Positions 47,862 to 57,860 are shown, counted from the first letter of the stretch. The stretch is 64,000 nt of DNA from a virus (IMGVR_UViG_3300031998_000058:1-64000); one strand, 5' to 3'. Translations and numbers: made by a program. Notes: a model not told the origin generated them from the sequence alone.

Positions 47862-48653
47862 CTATTTCACTCCTGCTCTTTCCTTGAGCACTTCCACCTT
47901 TTCAGCAATCTCGTCTTGATAGTCTTCCATCATGTCTTTCCATCCGTCTTCGTAGTCATAGCATATATCCTCATCGCCAGCCGCAGATTCAATCGCCTCA
48001 ACATATCCTTTGAGCATATCGAAGTCCTTCTCGTAACAATGGAATGAGTTAGCCCTGTGTGTATATTGACCGACTTCTACTCCAAGTTCTTTAGCTATCC
48101 GCTCCTGTAAGCAGATCAGAGCGAATGCATTCATGAATGTTGCCTTGCAAGCATCGTTGCTGCGGAAGAGAACTACGCAGTCTAATTTGCCGTTACGGAT
48201 GAAATACTGGATATTCTGAAGACACGCAGGATCACTGGAATAAGCATCAGCACAAACATCTCTAATCACCATTACAGCTCTTCGACTTGACGGGTTATGT
48301 TTAAGTTCATAAATCACAAAATCTATCTGGTCAAGACGAGTTAGATGGCTGACAGGATAGTTCGTCATGCGATCATGATATGTGTATTCCCAATTACCGG
48401 CTGCTATCTCAAAGTCCAGGATACCGTCAAGCATCTCTTGTCGGTACTGTTCCAATTCTGCTGGCCCGCCGATAAACAGCTTAGAAATCCTTGGCTCTTC
48501 CAACGGTTTGAGGACTACCATAGTCATTGACAGTTCCTTCTGTTTCTGGCTCCAGTCTGCACAGTCGGCTATCTCACCACTAAGTTCCAGTTCATGAAGC
48601 GCCATGTGGTACGCTTCCGGTAATGTTCTACCCCTTACTAATATTTCGTACAT
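47862..48653 (-). CDS. thyA: thymidylate synthase family protein (archaeal-like ThyA)
   Basis: EYTYHDR, PSSRRA, DPACLQ (catalytic Cys), FRSND..KATFMN, SFHCY. Confidence 0.85.
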   Translation of the reverse strand: MYEILVRGRTLPEAYHMALHELELSGEIADCADWSQKQKELSMTMVVLKPLEEPRISKLFIGGPAELEQYRQEMLDGILDFEIAAGNWEYTYHDRMTNYPVSHLTRLDQIDFVIYELKHNPSSRRAVMVIRDVCADAYSSDPACLQNIQYFIRNGKLDCVVLFRSNDACKATFMNAFALICLQERIAKELGVEVGQYTHRANSFHCYEKDFDMLKGYVEAIESAAGDEDICYDYEDGWKDMMEDYQDEIAEKVEVLKERAGVK

Positions 48654-48668
48654 CTGATCTATTCCTCC

Positions 48669-48929
48669 TTAAGAGACAACGATATTTGCTTCCTTTGTAT
48701 AGGCATCCATATAAAGCTCGCCCTTGTCCCCATTGTACGTGAACTCTGCATAGGTTGAGTCTCCGTCAATATTGGTGCTACATAAGCACTTATAATTCTG
48801 CAAAGTCTTGCAGGACCAGACTACATAGGTGTTATTATAAGCGATTTGGGTGCTTCTGTGATTGTCGAACCATCTCTTCAACTCAAGCCTGCACGTAATC
48901 TGAAAATCTTCCATCCCTGTAAATTTCAT
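48669..48929 (-). CDS. DUF6275-like protein
   Basis: YVVWSCKTLQNYK...EFTYNGDKGELYMDAY.K signature. Confidence 0.75.
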   Translation of the reverse strand: MKFTGMEDFQITCRLELKRWFDNHRSTQIAYNNTYVVWSCKTLQNYKCLCSTNIDGDSTYAEFTYNGDKGELYMDAYTKEANIVVS

Positions 48930-50136
48930 TGTTCTTCTCTCCTTTTTCCCTCGCTACAATAATCCGTTTCTTTTCGTTCTTCGTGCCAGCGATAGCACCA
49001 CCAGCATTGTTCTTCCGGTACTCTGTTGTCAGTGAATTCGTAATATTGGCAATACTTACAATGTATGATAGGCTCTATATCAGCAGTGGACATATACTCA
49101 TTGCAAGGAAAACCTGCCGCTTCTCGTTCTTTATATTTCTTGAACAGTTCATCGTTGTCAAAAAACAGTGGGTTTCCAGGAACGAATATATCTCCTACGA
49201 TGTTCTTGTCACGACGGCAAACATTTGTGTGAATACAAGTCTTGCACATTTTACTTTTACTCATCACATTCCCCCGTTATAATTTCCGCAATGCTGACAA
49301 TAATGAGCCGGATACAATGCTCTTGTCTGGCAGCTTGGGCAGTAGAATGCGATTTGTCTATTCCCGTCTGCATCTGTCTCTGTACAATCCACACACCACT
49401 TTTCCCCGATATTCTTCCTTGGCTGGTTAGCAGGCATCAATAATTTTTGTACGCTCATATCCATTTTCTTCTCAATCATTTGTTTTGTCTCCTTTAAACC
49501 AAACCTCTCAGCGCAAAAACAATCTTTTGTTGGGCATATTTTTCGGTAATGCCACTCAAGGCTACAGGTTTGCAAGGAATCAATCGTTTTGCTCGAATAT
49601 GGGCAATTCTTGACATACTCATTTATTTCTTCTCTGGTCATCAGCCGTCCTCCTGCTTTCCAAATTCATCTAGCCAATACTCAATATCTTCCATAAGGCA
49701 GTTGCCGTCACATTCTGCATCGTCATAAAATACTGTTTCTGCGAGAATGTTTAAAACATATGATGATTTATCTTGTCGTTTCAATAACTGATGTGCTGCG
49801 CGTAAAAGAGTTTCTGCCCTATTTGTAGCTTCATTCATCATTCGCTATCAATTCTCCTTGATATCTCTCCAAGACCATACCCCAGTTCTTTTAGCTGCTG
49901 TAGAGCCATATCACGCTCCCACTTAACCTGAGTAAAGACTTCCCTGGATACAACATCAGCGGCTTCAGGGCATCCTTCATCCGTCCAAAAGTCAATCGCA
50001 TCTGCAATCGTCATTTCTTGCACAAAATGCTCTTCGTGCTCTTCGTCAAATATCTGCACGTGAACAAGTTTATCCGCATTAATATACTTCTTCGCCATCA
50101 GCCGTCCTCCTATTCCTCTCGCTCTTCTTGAGCCAT

Positions 50137-50397
50137 CTATTCCCAGTCCTCCGTTTCGTTCCACCGTTTTATCAAGCGCCTTCTGCATTTCTGCTGCTCG
50201 TTGTATGACATTGTTGTTAATTCTTGATACATCATGTATGTGCAGCTTTCGCATTTGATATACCAACCCGGGCTTCCGCCTAACGGATGGTCGCACAGGC
50301 TGGCAAGTCCCCCGCTCATTCCTGCTATCCATTTGATGCTGACGGGATGTTTGCAGTTGGGGCAATGTTTCAATTCATTTGTTTCCTTCGCCATCAT
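50137..50397 (-). CDS. Lar-family restriction-alleviation-like Zn-finger protein
   Basis: LKHCPNC...IKCESC...RWN pattern. Confidence 0.5.
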   Translation of the reverse strand: MMAKETNELKHCPNCKHPVSIKWIAGMSGGLASLCDHPLGGSPGWYIKCESCTYMMYQELTTMSYNEQQKCRRRLIKRWNETEDWE

Positions 50398-51570
50398 TCA
50401 TCCTCCTCGATATATTCCTCATAGTGGATACATGCTATCCCTACGTCTTTCTGCACTTCGCACTCTGCCTGACAGTTGACGTATCCTGTTCCTCTATCAT
50501 CATTCTCCACGCATTTCTGGCAATGTATGGACAGCCAATCGTTAATCAGATTTTGTCTTTCTGCGGTTGTCATGATTCGTCCTCCTTATCATTTTCGTGA
50601 CCTTACGAATATCATTTGCCATCATCTTCGTCCTGAATTATCTGAGTCATCTTCCATCCCGTTCGCTTCTTGACCACTTCCGCAACTTGTGGCTTATAGC
50701 ATCTGACGCACTTTCCGCCGTTGAACATACTGCACCAGTAATATTGTGGTTTCTGATTCGAGCGTTCTGCTTCTTCCCATTCTTGGTCTTGAAGTGGTAC
50801 ACGCCTGCGGTTATAGTACGGTCTTTTATCGTGTATCGTTTTGCGCTTTACCATTTACTTATCCCCCGTCATCCATTCTTGTGGTATTCAATTTTGTCTT
50901 CGGCAATAATGCTTCTCACCATCCAGTCATATCCGCAGAACCCTCGATTCTTCCGTCTGAGTTTCGCCGCTTCTTTAGCATCTATGATTCTGCATGATAC
51001 GCAAGCAGACCATCCGTCTTCCCACCTGTAATAGAATGATTTTCCATCAAGTTCTTGTATTCTTTTCTTATTTAAGCCAACGCTTCGGTCAGTCTTAGTG
51101 ATAATGTGAACATCGTTTTCTTCTGACCACCTGCCGTTCCCCAAAACCACGGATCATCTTGCTTTTTCTCTATTTCCTCAATAAACGCATCCCTGTCAAT
51201 AAACACACGCCGTGCGTTTTCCGTGCGTTTATCGTGTGTTTCTACCAGTTCCCCGTTCATGTGATATTCTGGAATATTCGGTATTTCTGCCGTCCAGTGT
51301 TCGCAGTCTTTTGAATCGCATTGAAAACACATACACTTTCTGTTCTCCGGGCAAGTAAACCCTTTATCGTGCGTTTCTTCTAAGATTTTCCGTGCTAACT
51401 TTCCCGGGAAAACCATATCGTTATCTACGTTGACACCGTTTTCTTTCTGAAATTTGACAATGCGTTTATCGTGTGTTTCTTCCAACGCCTTGATAGCCAT
51501 GTCAAACATTTCTTCGTTCGGCTTATATCCGCTGAACTCTTTTGCAAGGGCTTTCAACCCTTTAATTGCT

Positions 51571-51825
51571 TCATCCCTTGTCATTGTTCGTCCTCCTGTT
51601 CCACGCCTTTGCCGCTTCTCTCCACGAATCGTAAAACTCTATTCCGTTATGGTTGATGCCCGTTTCGCAGTCCACACAATTTACCGCAAAAACAAATTCA
51701 CCCGTCAACGATACCGGCCTAATTAGCTTTACCTTTGTGCTCCCACAAAACGGGCAAGACTTTAAACCGTCATATTCGCTCGTGGTGGTTTTCTTTGCAG
51801 GTTTATTACGCACGAATAATCTCAT
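51571..51825 (-). CDS. Lar-family restriction-alleviation-like Zn-finger protein
   Basis: LKSCPFCG...VNCVDC...EAAKAWNRR pattern. Confidence 0.7.
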   Translation of the reverse strand: MRLFVRNKPAKKTTTSEYDGLKSCPFCGSTKVKLIRPVSLTGEFVFAVNCVDCETGINHNGIEFYDSWREAAKAWNRRTNNDKG

Positions 51826-54399
51826 CTTCTTCCCCTCCTAACGTCCGTCATCCTTCTCTTTGGGTATCCGTGCATTTTTAGCCAGTTATTTGTGTTAAAA
51901 AGCCTGATGTATTTAAGTTCTGCGTTTTTGCTTGTGTATGGTCTTAACTGTGCCAAAACACTTTTTATTGCTTCTGTTGCCAGTTCCGCCGAATACCCTA
52001 AACGCACCATTGCCTGACAAAGCTGTTCAGTGGTCAAATTAAGACCATCAAGGCTTACATTCATTCCATCCTCCTATTTCCCATCATCAGAATCTGCTTC
52101 TTCGCTCATCCGCACAAAATCAAGTATGTCAACTAATTGTTCAGATATATATCCCTTTGAACAGTAGTTCATACCGCGGCACTCTTCGTAGATATTGTCG
52201 CATCTTTTTGCTATTGCTTCGAATAGGCCACCCTCAAGTTCCTTTTTCAACTCTTGATAATGTTCTTCTGGCGAAACAACTTTGATTGTGAATTCTGAAG
52301 TTTCTTCATTCTTCATGATCTGCCTCCTCAATTCTCGCTATCGAATCTTCAATCTGTCGCTTTGAGTACGCCCAAAAATCGCCGTCATCATAATCGGTAT
52401 CGGGTTCAAGCTCTTTCCACAACTCCAGACTGCGAATTGCCATGTCGTATGCAGCGTGCCCCACAATGCTCATGCCTGACTCTATGTGCGGTTTCATGGC
52501 TTTCAATTCACCGATTGCCTCTTCAATCTTCATGGTCTGCCTCCCTCGGAAAGTAAATAATCGCATCTCCGTTTGTTCCCCAAATAACGATTCCTTGACG
52601 GTCAGGTATATACAGTTTAAGTAACGGCCTGTAATCTGACGCTTTAAAGTGTCTGATTCTTGATGCCGCTATTTTGTAAATCTCTTCATTTGTCAGCTTC
52701 ATGGTCTGCCTCCTTCTGATAATGTGGGCAATTATATCTGACAAGCTGACCGGGTTTCGGGCAGTACTGGCAGGTTTGTTTTCGTTTACATCTGTTGCAG
52801 TCACCACTCTCAACCACATTTCTGTATGCCCTCAGTGCGTCTAAGATGTACGCCTGCTGTGCTATTGCTTCATCAAGTTTACTCATTCCTTCTCTGCCTC
52901 CTTCTCAGGGTCTATAACTTCAACGCTAATAGCGCAGGTGCTTATGCGGTGGTCTTCACTCGTAACATCATGTTCAATAATCGTTTCGGCAAAGCGTATC
53001 GCCTCCAGACGGTCTGTAAAATCAAAATACCTTGTTTGGTATCCGACCTTAAGTGTTATTCTGTAAATAAATTTGCTCATTCCTTCTCTCCTTCCTTCTG
53101 GCGAATCATTTCATTCAACGCCTTCTTAAACTTGTCCATTGATTTTCTTGCTTTATCGCTTTCTCTGAATATTTCTCTTGCTTCTTCTATCGAAAAGAAA
53201 TCTGTGCACGGTTCCCCTGTGTCTCCAGAAAACATCCATCTGTCATTTCCCTTCTCGCAGTAATTGATGTCATAGTTGAATACGTTGTGCCGTGACCAAA
53301 GGCAGTTATGACATACAGGGTTCATTATTCTTCCTCTCCTTCCTTCTGGTTGGTTAAGCCTCCCAGCCTATCTGAAAACATTCTTTAAACTTTGAAGTGT
53401 CGAACTTCTGGAAGATTGCCAGAAACTTTTCTGCTGTTTCCTTGTCATGTGTCAGAAACAAGAACGGAAGGTCAAAGCAGTGCCATTTTCCGTGTTCAAT
53501 CGGAACATCGTTTACCGGCTCCTGACGTGTATCCTTTAAGAGCTTCCTATCATCTTCCGACAATTCAATACCTAACCTCTTTTCAATCTGCTCTACTGAT
53601 AAATTCCCTAATCTGATTCCCATTCCGCTTTCTCCTTCCTATCTCTCCGACATAAATGTCGGGAACATCTTCAATCGTTCTTAAAACAGCGGTGGAATAA
53701 CGATATTATTTTCTTCCACAAAACCGATATGTTTCCTTACTGCTTTTTCAATGTCCTGTAATGCTTGCTGATACCCTTGATTGTATTTCGTATTTATGAC
53801 CTTATAATCTTGTCCTCCGTTGCACCAGAAGGACGGGGCATCATAAGCATTTTTAATACCCAAGTCGCTGATGATTCTGTCGAAAGCCTCATATTTCTCG
53901 TAAACCGCTTTCTGCTCGCCCGATAACTGTTCTATGTGTGCATAGACATTTTCAAAGTCTTTATCACTTCTGACTTTATCGTCATTCGGACACATCTTTC
54001 CGCAAGCACATCCCATAACATAATCGTCAGGTATGTCGAACACCGCTATATATTTCATTCCTTCTCTCCTTCCTATCCTTGCGGGTACTCTCGCACCGAT
54101 GCACCGTTTAACAGCCCCAGATCGTCGGGTCTCCCCTGCTCCAGACTCTGTATGCGATTTCCCCGCTATTCCTGCGCCGGTCTTTCCCGGCTGTCACAGT
54201 GTATTTTTTCGTACTTTGCCGCGCTACCTTACACTGCCACTACGTCACGCTCCCACTTGTCACGGAAATGGGCGGGAACCGGATGCCATCTCCGAGCATC
54301 ACCGGACAGGTTCTATGGTTTCCCTGCATTACCTCGGTTTTTCTCACCCTTTCGGATGGGCTATCAGGCAATAGATAGCTTGCTCAACCGAAAAGCCCG

Positions 54400-54485
54400 T
54401 GGAACCGGCAGGACTCGAACCTGCAACCCCGTCTATAGCTTATTGTGCCATTACCACGGTATCTGCCAATTAATGCTACGGTTCC
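54400..54485 (-). ncRNA. tRNA-like element 1 (non-canonical anticodon arm)
   Basis: acceptor GGAACCG/CGGUUCC+A; T-arm GCAGG-UUCGAGU-CCUGC; D-loop with GG; no 7-nt anticodon loop, no CCA. Confidence 0.7.
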
Positions 54486-54648
54486 GCATTTTGCCCTTGT
54501 CGCTATACAAGGAGTGTTATGCAAGGGATACGCCCTCGGACGAACCACACGTCGTAAAAGCCTCTGTCCTTTTGTAACCCGCTGTTGAGGTCTGCGGCTG
54601 TCTGTCTTTCCAGACTGTCAGACAAGTCCTCCAGTTGCACAACTGGAT

Positions 54649-54788
54649 TGCTCCGGGTGAGGATTTGCACCTCACATGAACATGGAATTTTTTAAGGCTC
54701 CCCTCGTTCCCTTTCGGTTACATATCAATGTTACGTACCATTGCCATATTCACGGGGAGAAAGCGTCTACCTATTCCGCCACCGGAGC
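54649..54788 (-). ncRNA. tRNA-like element 2 (Leu-like D-arm, large insertion in place of anticodon/variable arms)
   Basis: acceptor GCUCCGG/CCGGAGC+A; UGGCGGAAUAGGUAGACGC D-arm; T-arm GUGAGG-UGCAAAU-CCUCAC; 140 nt. Confidence 0.7.
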
Positions 54789-54815
54789 ATGCGCCGGTCT
54801 TTTCCGGCTGTCTGA

Positions 54816-55022
54816 TCAGAACTGCTTGTCTCTTTCCTCGTCATCGACCAGAACGATTTCAGAAAGTTCTTTGAGCGCCGCAATGTTGGAGTCCATGAAA
54901 GAAACCAAGCCCCTGATATTTTCGCTTTCATCACTGGCAAGCACCATGTTTCTTGAGTCTTTGCAGCTGTTAATCAGCTTTTCCATGTTTGATTTGAACG
55001 TTTCTCTCCTCATCAGATTCAT
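54816..55022 (-). CDS. hypothetical protein
   Basis: coupled ORF. Confidence 0.55.
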   Translation of the reverse strand: MNLMRRETFKSNMEKLINSCKDSRNMVLASDESENIRGLVSFMDSNIAALKELSEIVLVDDEERDKQF

Positions 55023-55456
55023 TTGTTTTCCTCCTTTGTTTGATCCGGCTTTCTTGTTTCAAATTTGTCGCAGGGTGTTTCGTACCCGTGGGTTAAACAA
55101 CATGTTTCAAACTCGCACCGTCCGTATTTGTCGTGCCTTGTAGCGTCCTTATCCCAATGAGCACAATCTTTGCAGAACGATGTATTAAGTCCTAATGTGC
55201 GCTCCAGTTCTTTGATAGCCTCGTCAATATATCTCCTGTGACGTTCGTTCTGACCAGGTTTCGTGAACCACTTATCCTTAAACCACTTGACGGTCTTGTT
55301 GTACTCTCCGTTCGATGTGTCGCCACTGTCTGCCCACTCTTTATCGTGGAATACTTTAGCCAGGTCTTTGACCAGATCATTGAGTTCTCTGTCACCCAAG
55401 CTGTTTGTATATTCTTCAAGCTGACAGTAGAAATAGTTTAAGCTGCCGCCGCTCAT
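55019..55456 (-). CDS. hypothetical phage protein
   Basis: MSGGSLNY..LHD.EW.DSGD-like conserved phage N-terminus. Confidence 0.65.
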   Translation of the reverse strand: MSGGSLNYFYCQLEEYTNSLGDRELNDLVKDLAKVFHDKEWADSGDTSNGEYNKTVKWFKDKWFTKPGQNERHRRYIDEAIKELERTLGLNTSFCKDCAHWDKDATRHDKYGRCEFETCCLTHGYETPCDKFETRKPDQTKEENK

Positions 55457-55674
55457 GTTTCTTTAACCTCCCATAAGTTTTCTTTCGCTGTTTGTTCAAC
55501 CTTTGCAACCATGTTCATCAGCACTTCATGAAGCTGAATTTTAATAGGTTCGTTTCCATACGACATGAACTTACATTTGATCGGAACGTCTCTTTTGTAC
55601 GGTTCTGTTCCGAGCTTGAAGTAGTCATCACCGTGGTAATAGTTATGTGTGAGAGTCAATTCATACACTTCCAT
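55453..55674 (-). CDS. hypothetical protein
   Basis: coupled ORF. Confidence 0.55.
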   Translation of the reverse strand: MEVYELTLTHNYYHGDDYFKLGTEPYKRDVPIKCKFMSYGNEPIKIQLHEVLMNMVAKVEQTAKENLWEVKET

Positions 55675-55707
55675 CTATTCGTCCTTCCATTTCAATAGCA
55701 TCAAAAA

Positions 55708-55830
55708 CTATCTTCTTTCTTCTTCGTCTTCATTCGTACCATCATCCGCTGCTTCCAGGATCCCGTGAAACACTATTCCAAGTGCGCCGCCTAAGATAAT
55801 GCCAATAAAGAATGCTACTATTGTTCCCAT
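55708..55830 (-). CDS. small single-TM protein (40 aa)
   Basis: MGTIVAFFIGIILGGALGIVFHGILEAADD...; GAGGG RBS. Confidence 0.6.
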   Translation of the reverse strand: MGTIVAFFIGIILGGALGIVFHGILEAADDGTNEDEEERR

Positions 55831-55841
55831 TGATTTCCCTC

Positions 55842-56329
55842 TTAATGAATCACAATAAAGTCATGTGTTAACAGTCCGTTACTGATCACAACACAATTCT
55901 GCCTCGGTCGGTTCAGCTCTTCTCCTGTACCCCCCCTAAAATGAAGTGTATGCGCTTTCTGAACATCATGAGCTGTGTTATATAATCAAACGGTATTCCA
56001 TCATTCAGCCATAATAACGGCATTATCAATGCATACTTCATTCCAAGAGCGTCCAGGCGTTTCACTACGTCTTTCTTCCGGCTGAATGGAGGGTTAGAAA
56101 TAACAGCCTGCGCTCCTTTGGGCGGTTCCGTTTCAAAGAAATCAGTGTCGGTACAGATACACCGGTGACCATGTTCCGTAAGGATCCGGTCAAATGCGCC
56201 TCCCTTATCGTTGAACGGAAGCCATACTGTCATCGGACGTTTAATATGCTGCGCGATAGTTTCTGCATCTTTGTCACGCGTAAAATACTCATCTCCTCTT
56301 ATACTTTCCAGATCCGTAATTCCACCCAT
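55842..56329 (-). CDS. N6-adenine DNA methyltransferase-like protein, truncated at a G7 tract (138 aa as assembled; 162 aa with G8)
   Basis: DEYFT, WLPF, DFF, ISNPPFS motifs; adding one G reads GGGTGEELNRPRQNCVVISNGLLTHDFIVIH* to 55842. Confidence 0.75.
55930..55936 (-). repeat. poly-G tract (G7)
   Basis: 7 C on + strand. Confidence 0.95.
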
Positions 56330-56331
56330 TG

Positions 56332-56772
56332 TTACTGTTCCCCTTCTTCTGTCATTCGTTCAAATTCTTCATAGCAAGCCTTGCAGCCTATCGTGTTGAT
56401 AATGTTGCAGTCTATATATCCATCTTGGAATTCACTGATATTTGCCTTCAAGCATGTTCTTACCATTTGGCCAGTGTAAGGAATGAAGCTTTTACACGCT
56501 GTCTCTGGATCAATCGGAAATAACGATCCGCCTCTGCACCAATGGTCCTGTTCTCCAGGCATTTCACAATTTGACCAGCTTGTTCTGTGATGTCCAGTTC
56601 TTTTCTCGTATGGATCATGCTTCGCCCTGTAATCGTCATAACATAGTCCGTGAGGGCATCGTGAGCTCCACCAGTACAAACATTTCCTGCAACAGTTTTT
56701 ACAGCTTGGTAATGACATGCGGTCATGCTCTATTACTGAGTCCATTCTTAAGTTCCCCTGTTTTAACAACAA
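56332..56772 (-). CDS. Cys-rich hypothetical protein
   Basis: multiple CxxC/CP motifs. Confidence 0.6.
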   Translation of the reverse strand: MLLKQGNLRMDSVIEHDRMSLPSCKNCCRKCLYWWSSRCPHGLCYDDYRAKHDPYEKRTGHHRTSWSNCEMPGEQDHWCRGGSLFPIDPETACKSFIPYTGQMVRTCLKANISEFQDGYIDCNIINTIGCKACYEEFERMTEEGEQ

Positions 56773-57860
56773 CTCAATCTCATCTGACCGGCCACCTGTT
56801 TTTCTTCTTCCATGCGCTTTGCTTTATATTCGTTGTACTGTTGCCGGTATCTGTAGCTATCTCCAAATATGTTCCATGCAGCCTTGACGACATTTGGTTC
56901 ATACGGACGGATTATTTCAAGGTCATCAACAGCTCTATACGATATCGGACATCCGCAGCATCCAGTTCTTTTTAATCCATATACTTCATAAGCATCTGAA
57001 TACCGAACACCGTAATAGTCCTTGTACCACGCCTTGTCTTTATCGCTTACGTAATACAGAGGCCGGAGCCGAAACTGACCGTTACTGGATTCCGTAAAGC
57101 AGAGCGATGTATTGTCTTTCCTTGGAACGGATCTCATGCCGCCCTCGTCTCTGCGTTCACCAGTAATGATCATCTCGTATCCCTTCTGGACCCGATGCGC
57201 TAACTGCTTCTTGCAATAGTCACAGCACTTGGCGCTGATCTGGAATGTTGGCGGGTACTCTGCAATAAAATCACGCATGTACTTTGATGAGTTGATGACC
57301 AGCTGAATGTTCGGTCTTGGTTCCCCGGCTGCATTGCAGCAGCACAGGAAGTTAATAACGCTTTCGCAGTTCGGATATCGTTCTTTCAGTTCCTTACGTT
57401 TTGCCGCCTTGTCCTCTGCCTGCTCGTATTCATCGGCTATAGACAGTGGAATTCCTTTCTTTTGCCAGTCCGACAGCCCTCCTGACATGATCTTTGAAAC
57501 GAACGGTATTCCGTGTATCCTGGCCGACTGTACGATGTTTATCTTCGGCCTTGCCTCCAAAATAGTGACCCCGTACTTTTTCTCTGTTTCCTTAACATGG
57601 TCCTTGGTAGCCTTCATCTCAAGTCCGGTGTTAAAGAACACGTAATGGATCTCAGGAAGGTCAAATGCTTTTCTGGTTCGTTCCACCAGGTCGATCATAA
57701 TATCGCTGTCCGCACCACCCGAATAACTACAAATTGCATTCGGATGTTCCTTCAATCTCTTTGCGATAATACTCTCTATTGCTGTAAATTTTCGTGCCGG
57801 CTCAAAATCTGCGTAAGCCGGTCTATCTGTATATACCCTGCTCTTAAATTCTTTTCCCAT
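56763..57860 (-). CDS. PAPS reductase-like (PP-loop, Fe-S) protein
   Basis: SYSGGADSD, KCCDYCKK, TGERRDEG, RTGCCGCP motifs. Confidence 0.85.
   Translation of the reverse strand: MGKEFKSRVYTDRPAYADFEPARKFTAIESIIAKRLKEHPNAICSYSGGADSDIMIDLVERTRKAFDLPEIHYVFFNTGLEMKATKDHVKETEKKYGVTILEARPKINIVQSARIHGIPFVSKIMSGGLSDWQKKGIPLSIADEYEQAEDKAAKRKELKERYPNCESVINFLCCCNAAGEPRPNIQLVINSSKYMRDFIAEYPPTFQISAKCCDYCKKQLAHRVQKGYEMIITGERRDEGGMRSVPRKDNTSLCFTESSNGQFRLRPLYYVSDKDKAWYKDYYGVRYSDAYEVYGLKRTGCCGCPISYRAVDDLEIIRPYEPNVVKAAWNIFGDSYRYRQQYNEYKAKRMEEEKQVAGQMRLSCC

Larger units (their letters stand above)
48926..54058 (-). other. array of ~18 small coupled hypothetical genes (many Cys/Zn motifs)
   Basis: ORFs 48926-49267, 49264-49641, 49641-49841, 49838-50098, 50394-50573, 50612-50854, 50869-51150, 51072-51584, 51822-52064, 52074-52331, 52306-52533, 52686-52886, 52883-53080, 53077-53325, 53354-53623, 53681-54058 and others, with ATGA overlaps and GGAGG RBSs. 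Confidence 0.7.
54059..54815 (-). ncRNA. structured non-coding island (~757 bp)
   Basis: no credible - strand ORF; dense hairpins, many with GNRA loops; two tRNA-like elements; three copies of a covarying hairpin. Confidence 0.65.

Noticed and set aside
54110-54175. Group II intron domain V/VI resemblance (GCGGGGAAAUCGCAU...)
   Set aside because: Catalytic AGC/CGC triad helix and 3' end do not fit; no RT/maturase; kept only as part of the ncRNA candidate.
54400-54788. Canonical functional tRNA genes
   Set aside because: No proper 5-bp stem/7-nt anticodon loop can be assigned, so no isotype is called.
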